Shown in pieces: positions 53,161-64,000 of a stretch of DNA of 64,000 nt. The DNA comes from Camelus dromedarius (lineage: Eukaryota): the NCBI RefSeq assembly GCF_036321535.1, contig NC_087436.1, forward strand, positions 16,802,001 through 16,866,000, written 5' to 3'. The notes below the pieces were generated by a model, which was not told the origin of the DNA, did not search any database, and worked only from the letters and a program-made list of their open reading frames with translations. How positions within the stretch are numbered: the stretch's first letter is position 1; each line of letters opens with the position of its first letter. The position numbers and the translations under genes were made by a program.

Positions 53161-54929
53161 TGGTGACTGCATTAAGTGGTAATCACAGTTAAAACCTTTT
53201 ATTTGACCTTGCTTAGTTCTTTTACCCACCCCGTTTACTGTTTATTTCAAGTCTTTACACTGTCCTGGAGACCCTTACTAAATTTCTGTCCTCTCCTCTC
53301 AGTAAATAGCCTCGCTTCCTACTTCATGGAGGAAATAAATATCTTGATGAACTTGCTGAGAATTTATTAATAGCCACCTAAAATCTTATCTACCTTTTTC
53401 TTTCAGAAGATGCCTATTTTCTCTAGCTAAATTCTATCCCATCCTTTCTCTTCTCTGTGGAACCTACCTCATCTGTTACACATTATTTACTTTCTTCTAT
53501 ATCTCCACTTCCTCCTTTCCTATAATATATAAGCATCTTAAAGTCTCTCTTATCTTAAGAATATAATGACATGAAAACATTCTGTTCTCAAACTTATTTC
53601 CCTATGGTGATGATTTCATCACTCTTCTTCTCTTCAAACCACATGTCTTGAAAAGAGAGTCTACTTTGTAATCTCCAATAACTATTCCTTCAAAGCAGTG
53701 AAATCTTGCTTCCACTCCCATCTTTCCATTAAACTGTCCAGCAATAACCTCCCAGTTACAAAAGCTAAGGGATATGTTTTATTCTTTGTCTTAAATTTGA
53801 GATAATAGAAATGAATTGTCATAGCACTGCAATTGGAATTACTCAATTATTTGTATAACTGTTTAATTATTTAGTTAATATAATTCCCTAGAATGTAGCC
53901 TTCATAATCCCCTGATTATTTTTTGCATCCCTGATGCCCAGCAGACTGCCTGTCTCATTATAGGAATTTGGTGAATATTTGTTGAATGAATGATTGAATA
54001 AGTGGATGATGGATAAAAATAAAGTCCTTGTCCTCAAGAGACCATGAAAGAGTTTACAATTTACTGAGGAATTGGCATTCTATATAACACACATGTGCTG
54101 GAAATTCCAACAGTAGAAAGTCATATGACATCCACCCAGCCCACACACTAGAATGTGAAATTTCAGTAAATTGCAATCTGTTAATCTTGACTAATGAATC
54201 TGTCTATAAATTTAAAACTTAATGTTTTAAATTTTATTATAATTACTTCATATAAAATTGAATAGGATTTAAATAGTAGCTCTTAAAAAGAAAGGTAAGA
54301 AAAGTATTTTATAATCACTCAATAAAAAATCTAAAATCTCATTTTTTTGAATGAAAAGGATCTGAATTTAACTAATCTGTGTGAATCACTTTCATAGTAT
54401 CATTACGTCTCTGCATAGAAGAGACCTTAACACTATTCTAGCTCAACTATTTTCATGATATAAAATCCCTTTTATAATATTTTCTGGAAAGTTCCTGTCC
54501 AATCTCTGCAGGAGACACCTGTGAGGGGGAACACACTTCTTTTTATGATATTCAATTTCTGAATTATTAAAACTAAATTCTAGAAAACTAGTTTCTAGTA
54601 ACTTACATTGTTGCAGTTTATTATTTAAGATTTAAGATAGGCTACTTCTAGCCACCTGAACTACAGCTCCTTTTTTTTTTTTTTTTTTGTGAAAGTGAGA
54701 GAAGGTTTATAAAAGTTGGGTTAGAAATGGGAATCAGTTGAAAGAGGAATATATATAGTATCAATCGTATCTGAAAAAAATTGAAAGAAATTAATCCATG
54801 TCACTGGCAAACAAAAAGCAATAATATTAAAAATTCTATGTAACTGAATAAGAGTCGTTAAATATTTTATTGATTGATTTGTATAACAAATATATGATGA
54901 ATGTGTTAGATATTACAATGAGAGGCTGA

Positions 54930-57700
54930 AGATTCAAGGGGAATAAGTCCCAGGGACATCATCACAGAGTTTACAAACTAATAAGGGGGAGGTAGGCCAA
55001 ATAGTGTTCCCCAAGTTGCATCTTGAAGCCTAAATGACTAGCAGAACAGGCATTCCTTCATTCAACACATTTTTATAGAGCATCTGAGAATCCAGAATGG
55101 AAAAAAAAAACCAAAACAGAAGAACAAATCTAAAGAGGTATTTAGGGCAGAGCCTAGCTTCTTTTCCTGGTAGTTCCTGCATGTCTCTGGTGGCCCTGAG
55201 CTTTCGTTTTCATTGCACCTTCCACATGCAAGTCTCAGAGAAAATACTTGTGACACATGCAAGATGGGAAGACAGGTCAGAGACTCCGCCAAATCTAAGA
55301 CTTCCCCAAAAGGTGGGGCCATCAATGAAAGACTAAACCAGGAAAATAAAAAAGCCTTGCTTTGTAAGAAGGAAAAATGAAACAAACCTGACTGTCTCAG
55401 CTTTGGTACTGAAAGAAGAGAAAAAAAGAAATTTTGTAATTCATAACCACACATAAGCTTACCTCGGATTGAATCAGAATCCATATTAGCAGTATTTCAA
55501 AAATCTTAAGTGAGAAATTAGTTTAATGTTAGTATGAGTTGAAAGTTCCTTCAACTGCCTGAAGGAAAAACAAATTATTTCTTAAGGAATGGATCTTAAT
55601 CTCAGTTTGTAAACAATTCTCATTCCTACAGGATATAAGTTTACAATTTAAAAATATCACAAACTGCATGAAGAAATTAGTTGCTGTGAGTGAGAAACTT
55701 AGCCCTTCAGCTCCCCCAAAATGAAATTAGACTTTCAAAGACCGTAGATACTAGAATTGTCTGGTATAAAATAGAAAATAAGTATGCTTAATATGTTTAA
55801 AAATTAAAAGTGTAAAAGTACGAATGAGCTAGAGACTATTAAAATGTTCAGGAAGATTCGATAAAAACTAAAAGAACTTCTAGAAATAAATATATAATAA
55901 TTTAAATAAGAAATGTAAGTTCTTAAGTACAGATTTAGTAGAACTGAAGATAGAATCAGTAAAGTAGAAAAGGTATCTTGAGAAATTTACAAAATGAAGC
56001 ACAAAGAAAGGGAAAATATGAAAGACTAAGAGCTCTGGAGAGTATATGGAAAACTTTTTAACATAAATCTAACCAGGATTTTTCAATTAGGAAACACTAG
56101 AGAATGAGGAAAAAGTAATTTTAGAAGATGTAATGACAGTTGCTTCTTGGAGATCTGATTCCAGGTCTGGGACAGGGAAAGGACAAAGTGAGCCTAAAAC
56201 TCTCACTGTGGCAAAAAGGAAGAAATGGCCAAAGACTAATGGAGATAGGTGAAAATGGTAGAGGAACTGACTGGCCAATTTTGGCATTATAAGCACCAAA
56301 CAGAATAATGGTGGAAGTAGATTATAACACACTGAATTAAAAAATGAATTAATGTGTCCCCAAAAGGAGGAAAAAGGGAAAAGAAGAAAATCCTTTACAG
56401 ATTAATGCCAGTTTATAAATGTAGAAGTCATGATAGAATTACAAAAAACATCATTTTGTAATTTCCAGTGTAATGACTGACTTAGGCAAGAGTAATTACT
56501 GGATGTTGAAATCTTTTTTTAGAAAAGGTGATTGGGGAACAGCTAAAGTATCAACCAGAAATTATTTCTTAATGACTAAGGGAGAAATATACCTTTATAA
56601 TAGAAATAATTGGCAGTTACCACCTGAATAAAATGCTAAAATTTAGCAACATCTTTTGGTGAGATGTAATAGGAAGGATACCATATCACATATGTACTAT
56701 TCCTGTCAAAAGTATTTAATTTCAATCTAGTCATAAAGAAACAGTGAGAAGAGTTCAGATTGCTTTCAAGAATATCTATGTCAAAAAAGATGAAAAATGG
56801 TAGGAGGTCAGTGTTACCTAGTTGAAAGACAATGCAAGCTACAAATACAATTTAAAATTTTCTTGTGGTCTTATTAAAAAGGTAAAGAGAAATATGAAAT
56901 TAATTTCAATGATATATCATATTTAATTTAATATATGAAAATATTATTTAAACATTTAATTACTATGAAATTATTTACATGTACTACATTTACATGTAGT
57001 AAATCTTAGAAAATTAGACTGTATCCTATACTTACATCTTAATTCAGAGTAGTCATATTTTAAGCACTCAGTATTCATATGCTGGTGGTCACTGTATTCG
57101 ACATGGCATTTCTAGGTTAAAATAGATCTAAGAGAGATATATATGATCTTTGATTAGAGCCTGGAATGAAAAAAAAAATCAAACAACTAGAAAGGATGTT
57201 TTGGGGACAATTAGGGGAACTTGTATACAGATATGCCTTAGATAATCTTACTGTGTCAATGTTAATTTCTTCAGTAGGTATTATGAATATATAGGAGATG
57301 TGCTTGTTTTTAGGAGCTTTAGATGTGTTATTTAGGGGTGAAATGTCATACTGTTTGCAACTTACTTTCAAATTGTCCAGCCAAAAAAATTGTGTATACA
57401 CATATATTTTTAAAGGTGTATGCATATACATATATCAGTAAGGCTACAAAGTATTTGATTTAAACAACTAAATTAAGAAGCTTAATTTATTAGCTGAATA
57501 CAGAACAACAATGTTAGAGGATATACATTTTCAGACAAGTATGGAACATTATGAAAATTGACTATACATTGATCTGTATAGTAGGAGTCAATTAATTTCA
57601 AAGAATTTGGATATATATAAATCATGTTCTCTGATGACAGATAAATTAAAAATAATAACAATGATAATTTAAAATCCCATAATTTGGAAATCAAAGATTA
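54930..57700 (+). mobile_element. Degraded old L1M/HAL1 fragments (ORF1-like and L1MC-type 3' end) with a MER33-like insert at about 56810-57115
   Basis: A-rich gaacttctagaaataaa and agaactgaagatagaatcagtaaagtagaa (ORF1 coiled-coil remnant); ttttggggacaattaggggaac and tttaggggtgaaatgtcat (L1MC 3'). Confidence 0.6.
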
Positions 57701-59109
57701 TTTATGGAAAGTATGGAGGATGGCGGATTGAAGAGTATCATGGTTGGAAGCAGGAATCCAAGTGAGGAAGCCATTAATTAGTATTCCAGAGGAGAGATAA
57801 TCAAGGTCTGTGTTGAGGTATTCTGAGTGGGAAAGGGTGGAAGGGATTAGATGACTGATTGTATGAGGAGGCTGAGGGAGAGTGAATAGTAGAAAGGACT
57901 TCTGAGTTTATGGATGGATGATAGTGTCATTAATTGTGAGAGGGACATGTTGATTGGGATGTCTTTGGGATGTACATATAGAGATTGTTGGTTATTCAAA
58001 TTTAGCACTTGAGGGTGCTCTGAGCAAAATATATACATTTTGTGAGGCATCCGCATTTAAGTGACAAATATAGCTGTGGGAGTGGACCAAATCATTCAAG
58101 TAGAGGGTTAGAAAGCAGCCAATGAAAGAGCTTGGGGTCATACACAACAGTGGGAAGTGGTCAAAGCAAAATGAACCCATGAAGGAAACAGGGTAGTAGT
58201 TGGAAGTGGAGGAATTTGAATGGATAATTGATTCCAGGTGAAAGAATGACTGATTCTAGCTGAACTCTTGGGAAAGCATGGAAAATTGTATTCAGGACTA
58301 GAGTCCTTTGGTTGAAAGTTCTAATGCCTTATGTTCCATTTGTTTGATTTCATTACAAAAGCTGCCAGATATTCACTGCTTTACCTGTATTTTCTTTTCC
58401 TAGTCTCCTTGTCTACGACTTACTAATTATTTTAACCAGAAGTGATTTATAATTTATGTCCCAGAACTGAAATTCTAGAGTTTGGTGTATTAGTTTAAAG
58501 ACTAGATTTTACATAAAGGGAATAATTATGAACTCAGAGATGTTACAGTTTGCCTAAAATCATACAGTGAGTCTTGTTCCCCATCTAAAGGCTTATCTAC
58601 ACTAATTAGAAGTAATATAGGGTTTCCATATGCTTTAATTGCCTTTCTAGAAATCTCCTTTAACTCTATCCTATTTTTTAAAGGGTATAACTGCGCTTAT
58701 TTTCTGTTTCAGATGAAGTACTAAGATGATTTAATTAAATGGTACTGTAGAGAGATTTCAGTTTATCATTTAGATGGATTATGCCTAAAGTTTTTAACAA
58801 ACATTTTTCCCTCAAAATGGGCATATCTTTTGCTTTATTAATTATTATAGTAACACAAGCTTAGTTCCTTTAGCATCAGTGTAAAATTTGCTCTCTAGAT
58901 CTCTTAGTTGCACATCTCATGACCTTTTCCCCTCATCCTTTTTCTTCCCTTTTCTGCAGTGATTTTCACTATTAGCCATACTGTCCATGGAGAGTGGCAA
59001 TCCTGTTTTATTAATCGCTATATCATATATCTCCCCTACCTAGGAGTTAGCATAACAATTTTCACTAAGTGGATAGTCCTTAAATAAGTAAAATAAACAA
59101 ATAAGCATA

Positions 59110-59360
59110 TTGGGTATCATAGTGATTAAGAATGCAGGCTATAGGGACTACCTGCCTGGGTTTGAATATTGCCTCCACCTACTGTTAGCTGTATAACCTT
59201 GGGAAAATTAATCTCTACTTCACTTCAGTTTCCTCATCTGTAAAATGGGGATAATAATGGTACCTAATTTATGGGGTGGTTGGGAGAATGAAATATGATA
59301 ATCCATATATAGCAATTAGCACACTTAGCGTATGGCAAATATTTTTAAATGTTGATATTT
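59110..59360 (+). mobile_element. MIR SINE
   Basis: ctgcctgggtttgaat ... cttcagtttcctcatctgtaaaatggggataataatggtaccta core. Confidence 0.85.
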
Positions 59361-59771
59361 TTAAGACTCAAACTTATAAATTCTTTCTCTACTTCTTCAC
59401 CTTAGTATGATATTTCTCAACTTTTATATAAAGTGTGTCTTTTGAGCTCTATAATCACCCTCCAAAATAAGCAAGGCAGAAATTATCCTCTTTCCATAAT
59501 TAGGCACCTGAGGCCCCATGAGGTCTGCAGGGGATGGTAGAGCAGAATGAAAAAGGATGAACTTACGGTTAGAGGGATACAGGTTTGAGCCTTGGCTCTG
59601 TACCATTTAACTGACAAGATCTTGGGTAAACTGCTTCCCCAATGTATAAAAGGGAATAATCACAGTACTTCAAAAAATACACACAAAAAAGAAAAAAGGT
59701 TTTGAGGCTTAAGTGTGAGATTATTCATAGGGAATGCTAACTAGCACCCTGGTATATTATAAATAGTCAAT

Positions 59772-61048
59772 ATACCACAACTTCTTTATCCAGTCATCTG
59801 TTGATGTACACTTAGGTTGCTTCCATGTCTTGGCCATTGTAAAGAGTGCTGCTATGAACATTGGGGTGCATGCATCTTTTCAAATTGGAATTTCCTCTGA
59901 ATATATGCCCAGGAGTGATAATGTTGGATCATAGAGTAACTCTATTTTTAGTTTTTTAAGGAATCTCCATACTGTTTTGCATACTGGCTGCACCAAACTA
60001 CCTTCCCACCAATAGTGTAGGAGGGTTCCCTTTTCTCCACACCCTCTCCAACATTTATTGTTTGTGGACTTTTTAATGGTGGCCATTCTGACTGGTATGA
60101 GGTGATACCTCATTGTAGCTTTGATTTGCATTTCTCTGATAATTAGTGATATTGAGCATTTTTTCATGTGCCTATTAACCATGTGTCTATCTTCATTGGG
60201 GAAAATCTTGTTTAGGTCTTCTGCCATTTTTTGGATTGGGTTATTTGTTTTTTTGTTACTAAGTTGTATGAGCTGTTTATAAATTATGGAAATTAAGCCC
60301 TTGTCAGTCACATCATTTGTAGATATTTTCTCTCATTCTGTAGGTTGTTTTTTCATTTTGTTTACAGTTTCTTTTGTTGTGCAAAAGCTTATAAATTCAA
60401 TTAGATCCTATTGCCATTGACAGATGACTAGATAAAGAAGTTGTGGTATGTATATAATGGAATACTACTCAGCCATAAAAAGGAATAAAATAATGCCATT
60501 TGAAGCAACATGGATGGACTGGGAGATGATTATACTAAGTGAAGTAAGCCAGAAAGTGAAAGAAAAATAACATATATCACTTATATGTGGAATCTAAAAA
60601 AATGACACAAATGAACTTATTTATAAAACAGAAACAGATTCCCAGACAGAAAACAAATTTATGGTTACCAGAGGAGAAAGGTGGTAGGAAGGGATAAATT
60701 GCAGATTTGCAGATACTAACTACTATATAACTATACATAAATAGATAGGGGTGAAGGCATAGCTTAGTGGTAGAGTGCATGCCTAGCATGCATGAGGTCT
60801 TGGGTTCAATTCCCAGTACTTCCATTAAATAAACAAAGAAAGAAATCTAATTACCTCTCCCATTAAAAAAACAAAATAAACAACAGGTTTCTACTGTATA
60901 GCACGGGGAACTACATTCAATATCTTGTAGTAATCTATAATGAAAAAGAATATGAAAATTTATGAATGTACATGTATGACTGAAACATTATGCTGTACAC
61001 CAGAAATTGACACAACATTGTAAACTGACTATACTTCAATAAAAAAAA
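59772..61048 (+). mobile_element. 5'-inverted truncated L1 (antisense ORF2 3' part 59772-60410, sense 3' end 60414-61048)
   Basis: ORF 59880..60311(-) is the L1 ORF2 C-terminus ([28 protein letters not shown]); the sense arm continues the L1 from the same point to poly(A); degenerate TSD AAATAGTCAATA / AAAAAGTCAGTA. Confidence 0.88.
60748..60875 (+). mobile_element. tRNA-derived SINE (vic-1-like) inserted in the L1 3'UTR
   Basis: ggggtgaaggcatagcttagtggtagagtgcatgcctagcatgcatgaggtcttgggttcaattcccagtacttccatt with A box, B box (ggttcaattcc) and tail ...ctaattacctctccc; it splits the L1 motif atagata|aacaac. Confidence 0.88.
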
Positions 61049-61906
61049 GTCAGTAAAGCATTCTGCTTTCCATGTCTACAAATTTTTTATATTCTTTGTT
61101 ATTCATTTTAAGTCTAAATTACATAATTCTGTCGACTGTGCTCTTTTGTTAGCACTGACACACCAACAAGTTTGTAAATATTTCTGAAACAGTGTTTTAT
61201 CTCATATGTTCTCTGTATCTTTACTATCTTTTTATTATACTTGAGCTGGTAGCTAGCAGGTCCTTAATAGATATATGACAATATATTATTGCAGTGTTTC
61301 AAACTATGTGTTGGCCCCATTATCTGTACAAAATAGAAAGTAACAGATACTTAAAAAATATTTATCTAAGTTTGTTTTAGACTCAAACTCAATTTTTTTT
61401 AAAAACAAAGCTTTGCCTTTTCTGGAGTTAGTCTTTCTATCAAATGGAGGAGACTTCTGGAGAGCTCAGTGCCCCTATTTATATTAACTAATGATTTCTA
61501 CATTATTTTAAAATAGCAAGCTCTCCTATAAAAACTAAGTCTTACGAAGATAAAGATGATAATAATGCTGATATGTATAAATGAGGGTGCTTGCATTCAC
61601 TAGTATGTGCTATATACTCTTGCAGACATTTCTCTGGAAGCTGTCTCCTTTCTGATATATGATATTCATTTACTCTATACTTCTACTCCTAAATTTTAGT
61701 AATTGCAAAACATCTGAGGAGCATGGGTTGGAAAAAAGCACTCAGATGTGTTTCTGGAGTATCTGTGTGTTAGTAATTTTTTTGAACAATGTTGTACCTC
61801 TTGTTATTAAAAAATCTGTGATTTGCAATTTAATTCAAAAAATGCACTAAGAACTTGAAAACAAATAGTATACAATTAAAGCTTTTTTTTTTTCTTCAAA
61901 TTCCAG

Positions 61907-61997
61907 AGCAAGTTAAACTGGGTAAAATAGTGACTAATATTGAATCAGTAAGTAAAAAAATGGAGAAAGAAAAGCAGCAGCACCATGGAAAGCCCAG
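61907..61997 (+). CDS. IQCM: IQCM coding exon 4 (91 nt), (E)QVKLGKIVTNIESVSKKMEKEKQQHHGKP
   Basis: Long T tract then ttccag|AG, donor CAG|gtaaca at 61998; phase 1 in matches exon 3 across a 38.2-kb intron; peptide continues the recalled IQCM sequence. Confidence 0.9.
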
Positions 61998-63053
61998 GTA
62001 ACATGTAATCAGCTAACCTATAGAAAATATAAACTTTTCTTATACTTTGCCAGTATTTCCTGACCAATTGTTATGGTTTCTCAATTCTGTTAACAACCCA
62101 TGTATGAGGCTAATTTAGCCTTCTGCTTAAGTACCTCAAAGCATATCAATTATCAGAATTTTAGTTTTCAGTTCAATTAACTTTTGAACTTGAGGATGTC
62201 TGAGTAGTTAAGCAAACCATCTGGGTTTTACAGTGCATAAGCTCAAATCCAATTTGTGGCTTTCTTGAGAAAAATGCCATATTTTATGATAATATTACAT
62301 AAGTTTAGAATTTTAATAGCTCATCTGCAGCAATTATGGAACAGAGTAGAGTTATAATTTTTCTTTTTTAATGTAATAATTTATAGTTAGTCTTTTCTAG
62401 CAGAAGGTAAAGCTGATCCTACAGAGCAGAGTTTGAAGGCAGGAATTTTGAGCATTGCTTCTGCTTTCCAAAGGTGTCTGGAGATGGGTCAGTTACTTTT
62501 CTGAATTATTGCACTAAATAGCAACATCATATTTGAGGTAACTTTACAATTGACTATGTTACTGTTGGCCTGAAAGCTACAGATAGAATCTCTAGAAGCC
62601 TTTTATTGTCTAGGGATATTAATACTTCTAGAATGTGAATACTGCTCTGTTAAAATGTATTTTTCAGTGACTTGTTTTACATTAATTCATTATTTAACAT
62701 GGTCAGAAATCTGGGTCATTTAATTGTGAGGGAAAAGAAATGATTTATTGGAAATTTACCAGTTTAAAGAAATATTCTTTTTGCCTTTATTAAGTTTACC
62801 AAAGACCCAGGTTAGTCTAGCAGAGTGTTAGCTGTTAAAAAGAATAGTTAATACAGTAATTTAACTGAACAGTTTAGCATTTTAGGAACAGTTTAGAATT
62901 TTAGGTAAATTTAGTTTAGAATTTTACAGGTACTAGATAGTTTACTGAACTAATTTGAAAAACTATCATTTTTGGTATATTTCGGTGGGGTGGTAATCCA
63001 AGGAAGAAGAATAATTTAGTCTTAGGTCTCTAAATTGGGACAATTGAAGCACT

Positions 63054-64000
63054 CATATGCACCCAATGTAGGAGCACCTAATTATGTAAAACAAATACTT
63101 AACAGACATAAAGGGAGAAATTGATGGGAATACAATAATAGTAGGAGACTTTAACATCCTACTAACATCTGGACAATAGTCTAGACAGAAAATCAATAAG
63201 GCAATGGAGATACTAAATGACACAATAGGACAATTAGGCTTAATTTATATTTTCAGGATATTATATCCAAAAAAAAGCCGAATATACATTCTTTTCAAGT
63301 ACACATGGGACATTCTCTAGGATGGACCACATACTTGGACACAAAAGAAGCCTCAACAAATTTAAGAGGATAGAAATTATTTTAAGCATCTATTCTGACT
63401 ACAATGCTATGAAACTAGAAATCAACAACAGAAAGAGAAATGAGGAGAAAAAAAAAAACAGCTGCATGGAGACTAAACAACATGCTACTAAAAAAAAAAG
63501 GATCAGTGATGAAATCAAAGAAGAAATTAAATAATAACTTGAGATAAATGACAATGAAAACACAACCACACAAAATCTATGGGATGCAGCAAAAGCAGTA
63601 CTAAGAGGGAAGTTCATAGTGAAACAGGCCTTTCTCAAAAAACAGGAACAACCTCAAAAAAACAACCTAACCTACCACTTAAAAGAATTAGGAAAAGAAC
63701 AAACAAAACTTGAAGTAGGCAGAAGTAAAGAAATAATAAAGATCATGGAGGAAATAAATAAAATAAGAGATTGAAAAAAAATGAAAAAATCAATCAAACC
63801 AAGAGCAGATTTTTTGAAAGAGTAAACAAAATTGACAAACCTCTGGCCAGACTCACCAAAAAGAAAAGAGACAGGACATAAATAAACAAAATAAGAAATG
63901 AAAATGGAGAAATTACAACCAAACACCACAGAAATACAAAAAACCATGAGAATGCTATGACCAATTATATGCCTACAAATTGATCAACCTAGAAGAAATG
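63054..64000 (+). mobile_element. L1 ORF2 endonuclease/linker region, inactivated; runs off the window
   Basis: tatgcacccaat (YAPN), atagtaggagactttaac (IVGDFN); ORF 63322..63534 DHILGHKRSLNKFKRIEII.SIYSDYNAMKLEINNRK; stops and frameshifts present. Confidence 0.93.

Larger units (their letters stand above)
13484..61997 (+). other. IQCM: Partial IQCM gene locus (first four coding exons; continues beyond the window)
   Basis: Four exons with canonical AG/GT ends and compatible phases (1, 0, 1, 2); 34+83+268+91 = 476 coding nt with no stop. The peptide matches my recollection of the human IQCM N-terminus (KQDFFQEAKTLIAQHYEKINE, KVQGTSINVFR, EPPQ..SFKEPHIF, QVKL.KI.T.IE.VSKKME). Not database-checked. 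Confidence 0.9.

Noticed and set aside
55062..55484. 140-aa minus-strand ORF
   Set aside because: Antisense to an A-rich old L1/HAL1 remnant; Phe/Leu/Ser-biased with no recognisable domain.
60748..60825. tRNA gene
   Set aside because: Has A/B-box remnants but also a SINE tail, a poor acceptor stem and an insertion context within L1; the same applies to 13742-13833.
1..64000. About 100 short ORFs in the six-frame track as novel genes
   Set aside because: Nearly all are 60-145 aa with low-complexity composition, overlap repeats or microsatellites, and many use non-ATG starts. Only those overlapping IQCM exons or L1 ORF2 remnants are meaningful.
63054..64000. Active or intact L1
   Set aside because: Starts within the endonuclease domain with no 5'UTR or ORF1, and has stops and frameshifts.

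Overview
Mammalian, repeat-rich genomic DNA, most likely from a camelid: it has two vic-1-like tRNA-derived SINEs and cetartiodactyl-type L1 3' ends. The window holds the 5' coding part of one + strand protein-coding gene that I recognise as IQCM (IQ motif containing M). Four exons (13484/13533-13566, 21557-21639, 23427-23694, 61907-61997) splice in frame through canonical GT-AG introns to 158 codons (MAAEAEPDKAESPILEIPKQDFFQEAKTLIAQHYEKINESKVQGTSINVFRNKHQ...IVTEQVKLGKIVTNIESVSKKMEKEKQQHHGKP). The promoter, the upstream non-coding exon(s) and the 3' exons with the IQ motif were not located in the window. The rest is intronic: L1, L2, MIR, MaLR/ERVL LTRs, hAT DNA transposons, microsatellites and small tandem duplications. 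Repeat subfamily names and most repeat boundaries are from visual recognition and are approximate. I see no novel multi-gene system. The best leads are a candidate 58-nt poison exon in IQCM, a twin-primed 5'-inverted L1 nested in a MIR and carrying a SINE, and a near-consensus p53-family site in a cluster of palindromes in a repeat-poor intronic island.
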